From: a virus
Taxonomy: Duplodnaviria > Heunggongvirae > Uroviricota > Caudoviricetes
Reading direction: 5' to 3' (one strand)
Length of the DNA: 38,801 bases
Virus record (IMG/VR): IMGVR_UViG_3300025602_000002
Span: 166,718-205,518 of that record
Shown: piece by piece, positions 17,778 through 27,547 of the stretch
How the letters are laid out: each line of letters opens with the position of its first letter
How positions within the stretch are numbered: position 1 is the stretch's first letter
Notes under the pieces: generated by a model
Told to the model about the DNA's origin: nothing
Seen by the model: the letters and a program-made list of their open reading frames with translations, nothing else
The model's database searches: none
Program-made: the position numbers and the translations under genes

Positions 17778-18561
17778 TCAATACATTAAAAAACAAGCAG
17801 GCATCTTAGATGTGCCACAAGATACTTTAGCTAGCGATATATGGACTACTGAGGGAAAACTATATCCCCACATTAGGGATCAAATTTTAAATAGGTTATA
17901 TGCTTTTGTGCCTAAGAAAGTGGTACGAAGTGTGGTTATTTTAGGATCCATTACAGGATACAAATATACTGAAACGTCGGACATAGATATAAACGTTACG
18001 ATTGAGCCTTATGGTGACTATTTTCATCAAGCTAAGAAAGAAGTTAATGGCTATCTTGCACAGGGTACCCGACATCCTGTAAATTATTTTGTTATGCCCC
18101 ATACTTCAAAATTATCTAATTGAGAAAATTCTACGTTTGGAGTATTTGATGTAATTTCAAATGTTTGAGCAAACAACCCACCCGCTAGAGCTACAGTTAG
18201 AGACCCGCATAAGCAATTTAATCAAGAATTTATTATAGCAAAAATGGTTGCTGGACATTATAAAAGACTTGTTTTAGCTTTCCATAAAGACAAAAAAGAT
18301 TTAGAGACTCTTATAGCATTACCAGATTCTTGACATAAGTGATGGTGGATTAGAAATAAAAAAAAGGAAATAAATGAAGATAGACAAGATCTCATTAATT
18401 TTTCTCAAAATCTAGATAAATCTAGAAAATTAGAGTATTCTTTAGGGTGAGGAACCCCGAGGAATAATTATAGAAACGTAGTATATAAATTTATCGAACA
18501 CGGACCTCATGGCGAGTTATTCGAAAAATTTAAAGAAATCAAGCTAAACAATGGCAAATAA
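17770..18561 (+). CDS. Pol-beta-superfamily nucleotidyltransferase (263 aa, 5 TGA=Trp)
   Basis: LGSITGYKYTETSDIDINV (GS...DxD) and GVFDVISNV(W); N-terminal KQA motif. Confidence 0.8.
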
Positions 18562-18778
18562 GATACAGAAGAAAAGTGGACCTAAAGATTTTGGGTTAAA
18601 GGTATACGTACACAACCAAGATCAAAGAGGAATTAGTGATGCACTAAGACGCTTAAGAAGCAGATTAGATACAGAAAATATCATGGAAGAAGTGAGATGA
18701 AGACAGCATTATGTTAAGCCTAGCCAAAGAACCAAACATAAAAAGAAAAAATCTAATCCAAGATGTCTCAAAAGATAG
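18551..18778 (+). CDS. rpsU: Ribosomal protein bS21 homologue (75 aa, 1 TGA=Trp)
   Basis: LKVYVHNQDQRGISDALRRLRSRLDTENIMEEVR(W)RQHYVKPSQRTKHKKKK matches the bS21 pattern VxV...ALRR...E.R.R.HY.KPS. Confidence 0.8.
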
Positions 18779-20301
18779 CAATATCACGTAGCGAATTTGC
18801 AGAATCATTTTTCTGGCTAAATGGCGCCCCCTTCTCTTTAGATGATTACCCCCATATGCGACGTGTGTGGGATACTTCGCCTAAAAAGAAAGTTATGCAA
18901 TTTAGCAGACAGACGGCTAAATCCACTACAATGGCGGGAATGGTAACAGCTAATTCTGGTATGATTCCTTTCTTTAAAACTTTATACGTAGCTCCTACGA
19001 TTACTCAAGCTAAGATATTCAGTCATGATAGGGTGAAACCTTTTTTAGAAGGTAGCCCTTTTATGAAAGATCACTATATGAATACTTCTCTAGTAGATAA
19101 TGTTCACCATAAAGAATTAGCTAATGGATCTTTAATGCATATAAGATATGCGCTGCTTTCTGCTGATAAATTACGTGGATTTTCTGCGGATATGAATATT
19201 TTCGATGAGTGTCAGGACATGCTTAGTGAAATTATTCCTGTGGTACAGGAAACTATGACACACTCTGATTATAAATGGATAGTATATTCTGGTACCCCAA
19301 AACGTTCTAGAGGAACTTTAGCTGATTTATGGCATAAATCTACTATGTGCGAATATATAGTTAAGTGCCAAAGTTGTAATCATTGAAATATTTTAGATGA
19401 AGAAAACATTGGGGATTTCGGAGTTATATGTAAGAAGTGTGGTAGACCTTTAGATATTAGTGTAGGAGGAGAATGAGTTTCTACATATTCTTTAAAAAAT
19501 CCTACAGCTATGGAAGGGTATAGAGTTTGCGCTTTACACTTTGCAAAAGCACCCTGGGTTAATTGGCAGGAAGATATATTAGATAAACAAAGGCATTGGT
19601 CTAAAGCTTTTTTTCACAATGAAGTATTAGCGTTAGAATATGATGCTGGAGTATCACCTGTTACAGAATTTGAAATAGATAGAGCCAGTACCGGCCCGTT
19701 AATGGAAGAGGATCCTAACGAGGAACAGCGTAATTATCCTAGTGTATTAGCTATCGATTATGGCCCAGTTAATTCAGAAAAATCTTATACCGTAGCAGTA
19801 GTAATGCAACTTCGCTCTAATAAATTACGAGTAGTTTATGCTAAAAAGTTTATTGGAAAAGAAGCCGATTATAGTTTTATCGTTCCAGAAATTCCTAAAA
19901 TAATGGCTAAGTGAAATTGCGTTAGTGTAGCTTCAGATTATGGAATGGGCGAAGCGCCAAATTCAGAACTCAGAGCTAGAATAGGTTATGAAAAAGTAGT
20001 AGCATTTCAACATTCCGGTACCCAGAAAAATAAAATTCAATGGAATGACAAGATGCCCGCCTACACTTTAAATAGAACTAAAGTAATGACTGAATTCTTT
20101 GAAAACATTAAAAATTTACGAATAGAATTTCCACATACAGTATCAATGGATTCTTTTAAAGAAGACATTATGAATATACAAATTGACTATGACGAAGAGC
20201 GAGGATTTATGAAATATATTAATATAGGTCCAGATGATTTTGCCCATGCTTGTATTTTTGGAACTATAGCTTGCGAACTAATGTTTGGGGCAGTAAAATA
20301 A
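18763..20301 (+). CDS. terL: Terminase large subunit, GpA-like (512 aa, 3 TGA=Trp)
   Basis: SRQTAKST Walker A, FDECQD Walker B, SGTP, CQSCNH(W)...CKKC Zn motif, LAIDYG and DDFAHA nuclease motifs; three track ORFs in one frame. Confidence 0.9.
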
Positions 20302-20319
20302 AAAAAAATAAAAAATTAC

Positions 20320-20348
20320 TTGACAATTAAAGGATAAGGAGCCATATT
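20320..20348 (+). promoter_or_regulatory. Sigma70-like promoter, predicted leaderless transcript
   Basis: TTGACA, 17 nt, CATATT, 5 nt, ATG 20354. Confidence 0.6.
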
Positions 20349-20353
20349 TAGTT

Positions 20354-21316
20354 ATGTTCACAGCATCCGACTTAGAAATTTTCGGTAAGTCTATTTCCGA
20401 AAAGTATATCAAAAACTCTATCCCTCTTACAGAAGGTTTAGCTAAAACAGCTGAAGCCCAGGGATTTACTACATACCAAATTGACCGAGTTGCAGAATTT
20501 GCTAATACGGCCACGTATCTTAACATGATGAAAACAGCTTCGGATAAATATATACGTTTTGAAGTTGCGGATTCAAAGGAAGCTAAAAAGAATATGAAAT
20601 CTATCAAAGTAGCTGTGGATTTAAGCGATTATGACGATGAGCCTTCTATTTTTTCTATGCAAAAAGTAGCAAGCGCTGAGAAACGTGAGGCAACGGAATC
20701 AGAATTACGGAAAATGGCCCAACGTCATTTAGGTAGTATACAAAGAGAAAGTAATATAATTGCAGAGCATGTAACGAGTTGGGATACTACATATGGACAG
20801 TTAAAGTCTCTAATAAAACAAGCAGTATTAGGCGGATGCTCTTATGGAAACGTTTCTGAAATTATAAAAGTCGCTGCACCACAAACCCATGAACATTTTA
20901 TTTCCTCAATAAGAGAGGAACTACAACCAAATATGCCTTTTGTTAAATTAGATACAGAAGGTGACAATTCCTTAACCCCTAACCCTAACTCAGATATTTA
21001 TAAAATCGCTGAAAGATTGGAAACATATACTGATGAAATCTGCCAAGCAGATAAAAATTTAGAACAGGAAACAGAGGATTATACTAAATTTACTAAAGAA
21101 GCCTCTCTTCCTAATATTAGTGGACTATTACAAGAAAAATCAGCGGCCTTAAAAGTAATTAAAGGTATTGGAAAAACAATTATAAATCATCCCAAAACTA
21201 CTGCAGCATTAGCTGTGGGGGCAATGGTACATAAGTCTGGCAAAAATAAAGGTAAGTTTGAACAAGGTTTGATATTACAAAAGAAATTAGTTCAGCATAA
21301 AATGGGGAGAAGATAA
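20354..21316 (+). CDS. Head-module protein with multiple KxA motifs
   Basis: 320-aa ORF, first gene of the head cluster; KTA, KVA, KEA and KSA motifs. Confidence 0.75.
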   Translation: MFTASDLEIFGKSISEKYIKNSIPLTEGLAKTAEAQGFTTYQIDRVAEFANTATYLNMMKTASDKYIRFEVADSKEAKKNMKSIKVAVDLSDYDDEPSIFSMQKVASAEKREATESELRKMAQRHLGSIQRESNIIAEHVTSWDTTYGQLKSLIKQAVLGGCSYGNVSEIIKVAAPQTHEHFISSIREELQPNMPFVKLDTEGDNSLTPNPNSDIYKIAERLETYTDEICQADKNLEQETEDYTKFTKEASLPNISGLLQEKSAALKVIKGIGKTIINHPKTTAALAVGAMVHKSGKNKGKFEQGLILQKKLVQHKMGRR

Positions 21317-21879
21317 TGCCTAAGATAAAAGGTTCACAAGTATTTAGTGGTTTGATAAGAGGCGCAATCGGGGAAAAGGATCCGGCAAAAATAATACAGT
21401 ATTTTAAAGCTGGTGCTGGAATGATGATTGCTACTTTAGCACTTGACGCTGTTGTAGATACAGTTACGGAAGTATTTAAATCTAAAAATAAAAAGTTTGT
21501 GGCTAAAAAAGCATTTAAGAAAATGATGGCAGTGCATCCTAAGTTACATAAGGTAGACCCTAATATACTTTCATTATACTGGGAATCATTATACCATTTT
21601 GCACCGCACATGGCTAGAGATCCGTTAGCTTCTGGAGCCTATATTAGGCAGTCTATTGAAAGGGGTCATTATGATTCCTTTGGAGGACCCCCTCCTGATA
21701 CGTTTTCTACATTAGTAGGTGTTGGTAGAGCTCCTATGAAACCCGGAAAGGGTCCTGGATTATCAGATATGGTATCAAAAGAGTTAGTGCAAGGAGCATT
21801 TGACGGCTTAGCAGAATTTGGGAAAGCACAAACATCTCCTACAAAATATAATTCACCTTTCGATAGCGACATTACATAA
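21316..21879 (+). CDS. Head-module hypothetical protein
   Basis: 187 aa, TAATG-coupled; PHMARDPLASGAYIRQ segment. Confidence 0.75.
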   Translation: MPKIKGSQVFSGLIRGAIGEKDPAKIIQYFKAGAGMMIATLALDAVVDTVTEVFKSKNKKFVAKKAFKKMMAVHPKLHKVDPNILSLYWESLYHFAPHMARDPLASGAYIRQSIERGHYDSFGGPPPDTFSTLVGVGRAPMKPGKGPGLSDMVSKELVQGAFDGLAEFGKAQTSPTKYNSPFDSDIT

Positions 21880-21886
21880 AAATTAA

Positions 21887-23608
21887 ATGATAGAAAAACG
21901 CGCAGAATACTTTTACGGAGACAATAACTCTGAGGTGTTTACCCTTATCGGTAAGGGAACCATGGAGAAAACTGCGTCGTATTCAGAAGAGTTAGTAGAT
22001 TATATTAATTCTTTAAAAAAGCGTGTTGACAAAGTATATGCTTTAGTAAATGCTTTATCTGCTGGAGAATTTTATAGCTCTAATAGAAATGGTGATCATT
22101 TTCCAGAAAAGGCCTTAAAACAATATCATAAAACATTTGAAGCTTTAGGTCATGTGTACAGACACCATGTAAATAAGGATCCAAGAAAATCGTTAGGTAA
22201 GGTTTTATTTTCACATTATAATCCTACAATGCATCGAGTAGAATTAATATTAGAATTAGATTCTAAAAAAGGTGCAGACGTTATTACAAAAATGCAAAAA
22301 GGAGAATTACCATTTTGTTCTATGGGAACTAAAGTTCCTTTTGACATATGCTCCATTTGCGGAAACAAAGCTCAAACGAGAGCTCAATATTGTGACCACT
22401 TAAAGTATCGTATGAATAATATTTTATCCGACGGTAGAAAAGTTTACGCAATAAATACAATGCCGAAATTTTTTGATATCAGTGTTGTAACTATCCCTGC
22501 CGACAGGACTGCTAGTTTTATTAGGCTTCTTGAAGCAAAATCATCTAGTAGACCTCGTGTTATAAAAATTGCAGAGGAATTACCAAAAGAAACAAAACAG
22601 CTTTTTAAAGCTGCCGGGTTTGAACCAAGAGCAGAAATTAGAAAAAAAGTAGACGTTAAAATAGAGATTGCGGACCAAGATCCAAAAAATATCCTATTAC
22701 ATACTCAGAAAAGACTTTCAGATGAAACAATCGAAAAGCTTTCTAAGTATAATATCGACGAGATACTTTCTACAATGATGGCTTTACGAATTGCACCAGT
22801 TAGAGAAGATTTTCAAAAATTGGCTGCGTACGTTTTTGGACAAAAAGAAGCGGCAGATAAATGGGCTGAAAATGGAGTTTGTTTTATTGTAGATAAGGAC
22901 ACAGTCCCTACAGAATTACCCAATGTAACTTTTGATAATTTTAATAGCAAGATCGCAGGGGTGCTTTTGAAGTCAGTCCCAGATATGTCTCTTACTAAAC
23001 AATGAGTATTAGCAAGAGGAATACATAAAGTAGGATATGAGTCTCAAGCAACAACCTATCCAAGTAATGTTTCTAGAGAACGTAGCGGAATAAAACGTTT
23101 CTTATTTACGCAGAAAGAGGAACCACCTGTTTCAGCACATAGAAATCCAGTAGTTCCATTAGGACTTCTAGGAAGCTTATATTACGGGTATGCGAAGGTA
23201 TTTAATAATCCATCGATTAATAAATTTAGATCGTTTGTAGTTAAATATCCTTGGTTACTTCCAGTATTAGTGGGAGCGGGAACGGCCGGTTCTTTAGCCA
23301 GCCAAAGTGTAGCATTTAATAAAGAAGCCTCTTTAGGAGCTGTGGACAAATTCCTAATGTCTTCTTTAATAACAGTACCAACCGCCTACTATTACGCAGG
23401 TAAACAGGAGAATAAAGCTAGAAAAGGTGTACCTTTAAAACCAACAGAGAACTTTGCCAGAAAACATCCATTACTCGCAGGACTAGTGGGGGCCACTGTA
23501 GCAACAGCTATTAAGAGACCTAAGTTTTTTAAAACAGCAGAGTTATTATCAGAAATAAGTCCGGAAGATTTGGATTTATTGTATAAAGATATCATAGGAG
23601 GGCAATAA
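21887..23608 (+). CDS. Prohead maturation protease with long C-terminal extension (573 aa, 1 TGA=Trp)
   Basis: NRNGDHF, HH, CSMG (putative catalytic Ser), CSICG..YCDHL, FFDISVV; in frame with track ORF 23270 through TGA 23003. Confidence 0.75.
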
Positions 23609-23609
23609 A

Positions 23610-24197
23610 ATGTCACTTAATATAGACAATATTTTAGCAAAACTAAAAGCTGAACACGAAAAAACAGCTGAAGAATCTTTTAATGACGCAATGCTTGAAG
23701 GTTCTACGGAAGTTAAAGAAGAAGTTAAAGAAGCAGAAAAGACTGAAGAAGTAGCTGAAGAAGTGAAAGAAGAAGTTAAAGAAGCTGAAAAGACTGAAGA
23801 AGTAGCTGAAGTAGTTAAAGAAGAAGTTAAAGAAGCAGAAAAGACTGAAGAAGTAGCTGAAGAAGTGAAAGAAGAAGTTAAAGAAGCTGAAAAGACTGAA
23901 GAAGTAGCTGAAGAAGTAGCTGAAGAAGACTTACAGAAAGAAGCTGAAAAATATGAAGATGCGGGTAGAATTATGGCTCAAGGTTTCTGGAAGGAATTGC
24001 AGAAACAGGCGTCTGAAGAAGTAGCTGAAGAAATAGCTGAAGTAGTTAAAGAAGAAGTGAAAGAAGAAGTTAAAGAAGCTGAAAAGACTGAAGAAGTAGC
24101 TGAAGAAATGAAAGAAGAAGTTAAAGAAGCTGAAAAAACAACTGCTGCGGATAGAATTATCGGAGCATTAACCTCACAGTATTTAGGAGATAACTAA
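23610..24197 (+). CDS. Scaffold-like acidic repeat protein
   Basis: Glu-rich EVKEEVKEAEKTEEVAE repeats; AGGAGG RBS; between protease and capsid. Confidence 0.7.
   Translation: MSLNIDNILAKLKAEHEKTAEESFNDAMLEGSTEVKEEVKEAEKTEEVAEEVKEEVKEAEKTEEVAEVVKEEVKEAEKTEEVAEEVKEEVKEAEKTEEVAEEVAEEDLQKEAEKYEDAGRIMAQGFWKELQKQASEEVAEEIAEVVKEEVKEEVKEAEKTEEVAEEMKEEVKEAEKTTAADRIIGALTSQYLGDN
23710..24140 (+). repeat. Intragenic tandem repeats of about 51-54 nt
   Basis: GAAGTTAAAGAAGAAGTTAAAGAAGCTGAAAAGACTGAAGAAGTAGCTGAA-like units in two blocks (approx. 23710-23925 and 24015-24140). Confidence 0.9.
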
Positions 24198-24199
24198 AG

Positions 24200-24505
24200 A
24201 TGGGAACACTATTAGACACATATAAAGCTATTCAGGAAACTGAAGCTGAAAAAGTGGCCGAAGAAGTTACTGAAGAAGTAGTTGACGAGGGTCAAGAAAC
24301 TTTACGTAAGTACGCTGAGGGCGCTGAAGGCTTATTAGCTGCAGAATATGGTGAAGATTACGACGAAAATGACGTAATAAAATTAGCTGGAATGATGATT
24401 GATTACGATGTGGAACAAGAAACAATGCTTGAAAAAGTAGCTGAATTGGAAGACATGGGTACAATTATAGGACAAGCTATTAAAGCTGAGTTAGCTAAAG
24501 ACTAA
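24200..24505 (+). CDS. Acidic head-assembly protein
   Basis: 101 aa; EKVA, KYA and KLA motifs. Confidence 0.75.
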   Translation: MGTLLDTYKAIQETEAEKVAEEVTEEVVDEGQETLRKYAEGAEGLLAAEYGEDYDENDVIKLAGMMIDYDVEQETMLEKVAELEDMGTIIGQAIKAELAKD

Positions 24506-24513
24506 CAAAAAAA

Positions 24514-24834
24514 ATGGATCCCAAGTTAATTAGCGAAACTATGGCTCTTGTTGAATCTCTTAGAGATGATAATGAGAAATTAGCATCTGATCTGGCGCAT
24601 GTGCAAAACGCGTATGCAATAGTATTTCAGATGTTTAAAGCCGGACATGTAGCTGCAGAAAATTTGGAGTCCACAATCAAGAAATTCGTCCAAAAGGACG
24701 ACTCGGAACTTGAAGTTATTGAAAAAGCTGCTAGCTTCGGAGGCGCTGTCGCGTCTCTAGGGGAAGTTAGTGACCGACTTCAGGATGACGGGACCATGGA
24801 TCCTTTGACAAGAATGCTTGTCGAAGATCTTTAA
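24514..24834 (+). CDS. Acidic coiled-coil head-assembly protein
   Basis: 106 aa; EKLA and EKAA motifs. Confidence 0.75.
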   Translation: MDPKLISETMALVESLRDDNEKLASDLAHVQNAYAIVFQMFKAGHVAAENLESTIKKFVQKDDSELEVIEKAASFGGAVASLGEVSDRLQDDGTMDPLTRMLVEDL

Positions 24835-24857
24835 AGATAATCGGAGGATATAATAGA

Positions 24858-25310
24858 ATGTTAGAAATTCTTTCTACCTTAAATAACCTTACTAGAATCG
24901 ACTTGACGTTAGACGCGGCAGGCTGGGTTTTAGCATCGGGCGTAATAGGCTCATGGGTTAGTCCTACCGGAACTGATCAATGTATAAAAGTTGCGGCCGC
25001 TGGAAACTTCGGATTTCCAATCTGGTCTGAATCTAACCGTTCAAGCTCTTTAGCAGGGTTCTCCCCTGACATAGCAGCTACCGGAAAAATTACTGTTTTA
25101 TATGGTAAAATCCGTGCAAGAACTGACCAATATGATGGTACGCCAGCTATTGGGTCTAAACTATACTTATCTGTTACAGGAACACTGTCTACAACAGCTG
25201 GGAGCTCGGCTCACCAGGTAGCGGTTTGTACTAAAGCGCAGTATAGTCATGATGTTAAATTCCAAGGCGCCATAACTGCAACAAACGTAATTGAATACGT
25301 AACCATATAA
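24858..25310 (+). CDS. Probable capsid decoration/cement protein
   Basis: 150 aa, small beta-rich Gly/Ala/Thr protein immediately upstream of the capsid gene; GGAGG RBS; called mainly on position. Confidence 0.55.
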   Translation: MLEILSTLNNLTRIDLTLDAAGWVLASGVIGSWVSPTGTDQCIKVAAAGNFGFPIWSESNRSSSLAGFSPDIAATGKITVLYGKIRARTDQYDGTPAIGSKLYLSVTGTLSTTAGSSAHQVAVCTKAQYSHDVKFQGAITATNVIEYVTI

Positions 25311-25325
25311 AGGAGGATTAAGAAA

Positions 25326-26249
25326 ATGGAATATTCAGCTAGTACGCTAAATGAGTTATTTGTAGAAAAGCTTAATTCCCCTGCGGGACTTGAGAAAGTC
25401 GCTATGGAAGGATCAGCTTTCGTTAGACAAAAACTACGTGAAGTTTCTTTTGCAAGAAAAATAATAAATCCACAATATGTAACTAAAGCTGACTTGACAA
25501 GATCTGTCAATCACGACGGCCTAGTTAAAATCGTGGACATCGAGCCTGACTCAGAAGCCATGGCACTGAACATGCGCGGACAGCCAAACCTTAGATACGT
25601 AATGGGCGATCGATTCGAGATACCCCTGTATCAGGTTAGTTCTGAAGACTTTCAGAAGACTGAAGAAGAGCTGTTGGCCTATGAAATGCCACTGACTGAC
25701 ATAATTGAGAAGAACTCAGTACTCGATTTACAACGCATTGAAGATGAAAAATTCTTAGAAGGTGTAGACGCGCTAATGCCCGTTGCAAACGCTAAGACCG
25801 GTTCTTATAGAGCATCCGGCAGTGAAACAGGTGTGATTGAAAAATCAAGCCTAAAAGAACTGTTTGACGTTTTAGACGGAGCGGAATTACGTTGCGATAC
25901 CCTATTAATGGATTCTACAATGTATAACAGATTATTCTTGTATGATGCATCAACTATTGGTGACTCAGCAGGAAGCGAAATCTACATTAATGGTTTCACT
26001 TACAATACGCTCTTCGGACGTAAAGTAGTTGTTTCCAATAAAGTGTTCAAACAGGACGGGTCAACTGCACTGTTACAGAACAAGATCTACGCTTTTGCAC
26101 CACAAGAATTCTTAGGACAATTCTTAGTATTAAACGATACTAAATTCTGGATCGAAAAGAAAAAGAATATTATCACATGGGCCGTGTACGAACACATTGG
26201 CATCGGATTTGGTAACTCCAAAGCGCTTGCTAAACTTACACTGTCGTAG
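25326..26249 (+). CDS. Major capsid protein (probably HK97 fold)
   Basis: 307 aa, AAGGAGG RBS, last gene of protease-scaffold cluster, followed by a strong terminator; EKVA motif near N-terminus. Confidence 0.75.
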   Translation: MEYSASTLNELFVEKLNSPAGLEKVAMEGSAFVRQKLREVSFARKIINPQYVTKADLTRSVNHDGLVKIVDIEPDSEAMALNMRGQPNLRYVMGDRFEIPLYQVSSEDFQKTEEELLAYEMPLTDIIEKNSVLDLQRIEDEKFLEGVDALMPVANAKTGSYRASGSETGVIEKSSLKELFDVLDGAELRCDTLLMDSTMYNRLFLYDASTIGDSAGSEIYINGFTYNTLFGRKVVVSNKVFKQDGSTALLQNKIYAFAPQEFLGQFLVLNDTKFWIEKKKNIITWAVYEHIGIGFGNSKALAKLTLS

Positions 26250-26271
26250 TATTAATACATACGCTAAAATT

Positions 26272-26299
26272 AGGGTCGGCTTTGCTGGCCCTTTTTTTT
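26272..26299 (+). terminator. Intrinsic terminator after capsid gene
   Basis: AGGGTCGGC-TTT-GCTGGCCCT followed by a T run. Confidence 0.9.
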
Positions 26300-26303
26300 A
26301 CCC

Positions 26304-26332
26304 TTGACATTTTCCTCCACAAAATCTATATT
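26304..26332 (+). promoter_or_regulatory. Sigma70-like promoter, predicted leaderless transcript
   Basis: TTGACA, 17 nt, TATATT, 5 nt, ATG 26338. Confidence 0.75.
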
Positions 26333-26337
26333 TAGAT

Positions 26338-26685
26338 ATGATACATCCCACAACTAATTATAAACGTGAAATAAAGGCTTTAGTAGGAGATCCAGATGTA
26401 TTTCCAGTAACTCTTCCAGGAGCTTGAGGTACTGAGGCTGTAGACTTTACATCCGACTTAGCGGCATTATTGTTTCGAGATTTACAATTAGGGATGACAG
26501 ACACAACTTTACAAGACGACAGAGCCTACGCAGTGAGTAGTGTCCTAGGGCATTCCTTAGTTACAGACGTTGTATCAACTGAAGCTACGAGTTTAATAAC
26601 AAATTCTCAAATACAGATGATTGATACCAGTATGGATACAGTAGTAATAGTTACTACGAAGGGAAACACCTTAACTATAATATAG
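26338..26685 (+). CDS. Hypothetical virion protein (115 aa, 1 TGA=Trp)
   Basis: ATG 26338 in frame with track ORF 26470 through one TGA. Confidence 0.7.
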
Positions 26686-26694
26686 GAGATTCAA

Positions 26695-27066
26695 ATGGCT
26701 ACTAGTGTAGTATACATGAAAAGACACGATACCAGGCCCTTCTTAGATGTTCAACTTCAGGACGTAGACGCTAATAACATTAATGTAACAGCGGCTATTG
26801 CCACTGAAGTGAAATTTACTATGAAGGAAATAAATAGCACTACTATAATTGCTACAGGGGCTTGTACCATTTTACCGGCAACAGACCTAACTAAAGACAA
26901 CGGATACGATGGTCGAGTTAGGTATATTTGGCTAGCAGCAGACACCGTTACTGCGGGAGAATACTTAGGAGAATTTCAGATCACTTATACTAATGGTGAT
27001 AAAATGACAGTACCTACAAGTGGTACCTTAGCTATAGTAATTTTGGAGGACTACGATAATGCCTAA
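26695..27066 (+). CDS. BppU N-terminal-like Ig/beta-sandwich structural protein
   Basis: MKRHDTRPFLDVQL...GRVRYIW...DT..AGEYLGEFQITY..G...TVPT pattern; AGGAG RBS. Confidence 0.65.
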   Translation: MATSVVYMKRHDTRPFLDVQLQDVDANNINVTAAIATEVKFTMKEINSTTIIATGACTILPATDLTKDNGYDGRVRYIWLAADTVTAGEYLGEFQITYTNGDKMTVPTSGTLAIVILEDYDNA

Positions 27067-27547
27067 TACTCAGGAATTATTAACCAATTTAATACCCTTT
27101 GCAGATCAGCTATATGTAGATAGATTTAGAACCTTTCTTAATGATACAGTTGCAGAAAATGAATTAGATTTAACAGAAGAAAGTTCAGATACTCTTTTAT
27201 GACATTGTCTAAAAGATACCCTAGACGAAATTAATTATGAAATACCCCCAATAAGAAGTAGTGTGTATACTACAATATCCGAGGTACCAAGTTGGTCGGT
27301 AATGAAATTTGGGGCTACCCTCCATATTTTAGTTTCAAAAGGAATTCTTTCAGCAAGAAATCAATTAACATGAAATGATGCCGGAGGGATTACAGTTAGG
27401 GATCAGGATAAGTATGGGCGATATGTAAATTGATTTAACGTGTTATCAACTAGATATGCTAGAATGGCTAGATCTATGAAAATGTCTGCCAACATAGACG
27501 ACTGTTATGGCGGCGTACACTCTGAATATTTTGATATAGGATACTAA
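27059..27547 (+). CDS. Putative neck/head-tail protein (162 aa, 3 TGA=Trp; absent from track)
   Basis: ATGCCTAA overlap at start and TAATG at end; NQLT(W)NDAGGITVRDQDKY segment; function inferred from position. Confidence 0.7.

Noticed and set aside
20354-21316. Portal protein call from position after terL
   Set aside because: Short, rich in KxA motifs and no portal features that I recognise; I found no portal gene in the window
23710-24140. CRISPR array
   Set aside because: Repeats are contiguous, in-frame and coding, with no unique spacers or cas genes
7037-25510. Minus-strand track ORFs opposite the + strand cluster (e.g. 7037-7501, 9227-9466, 14467-14769, 20278-20607, 21198-21611, 25247-25510)
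   Set aside because: Fully overlap well-supported + strand genes and have no motifs or RBS
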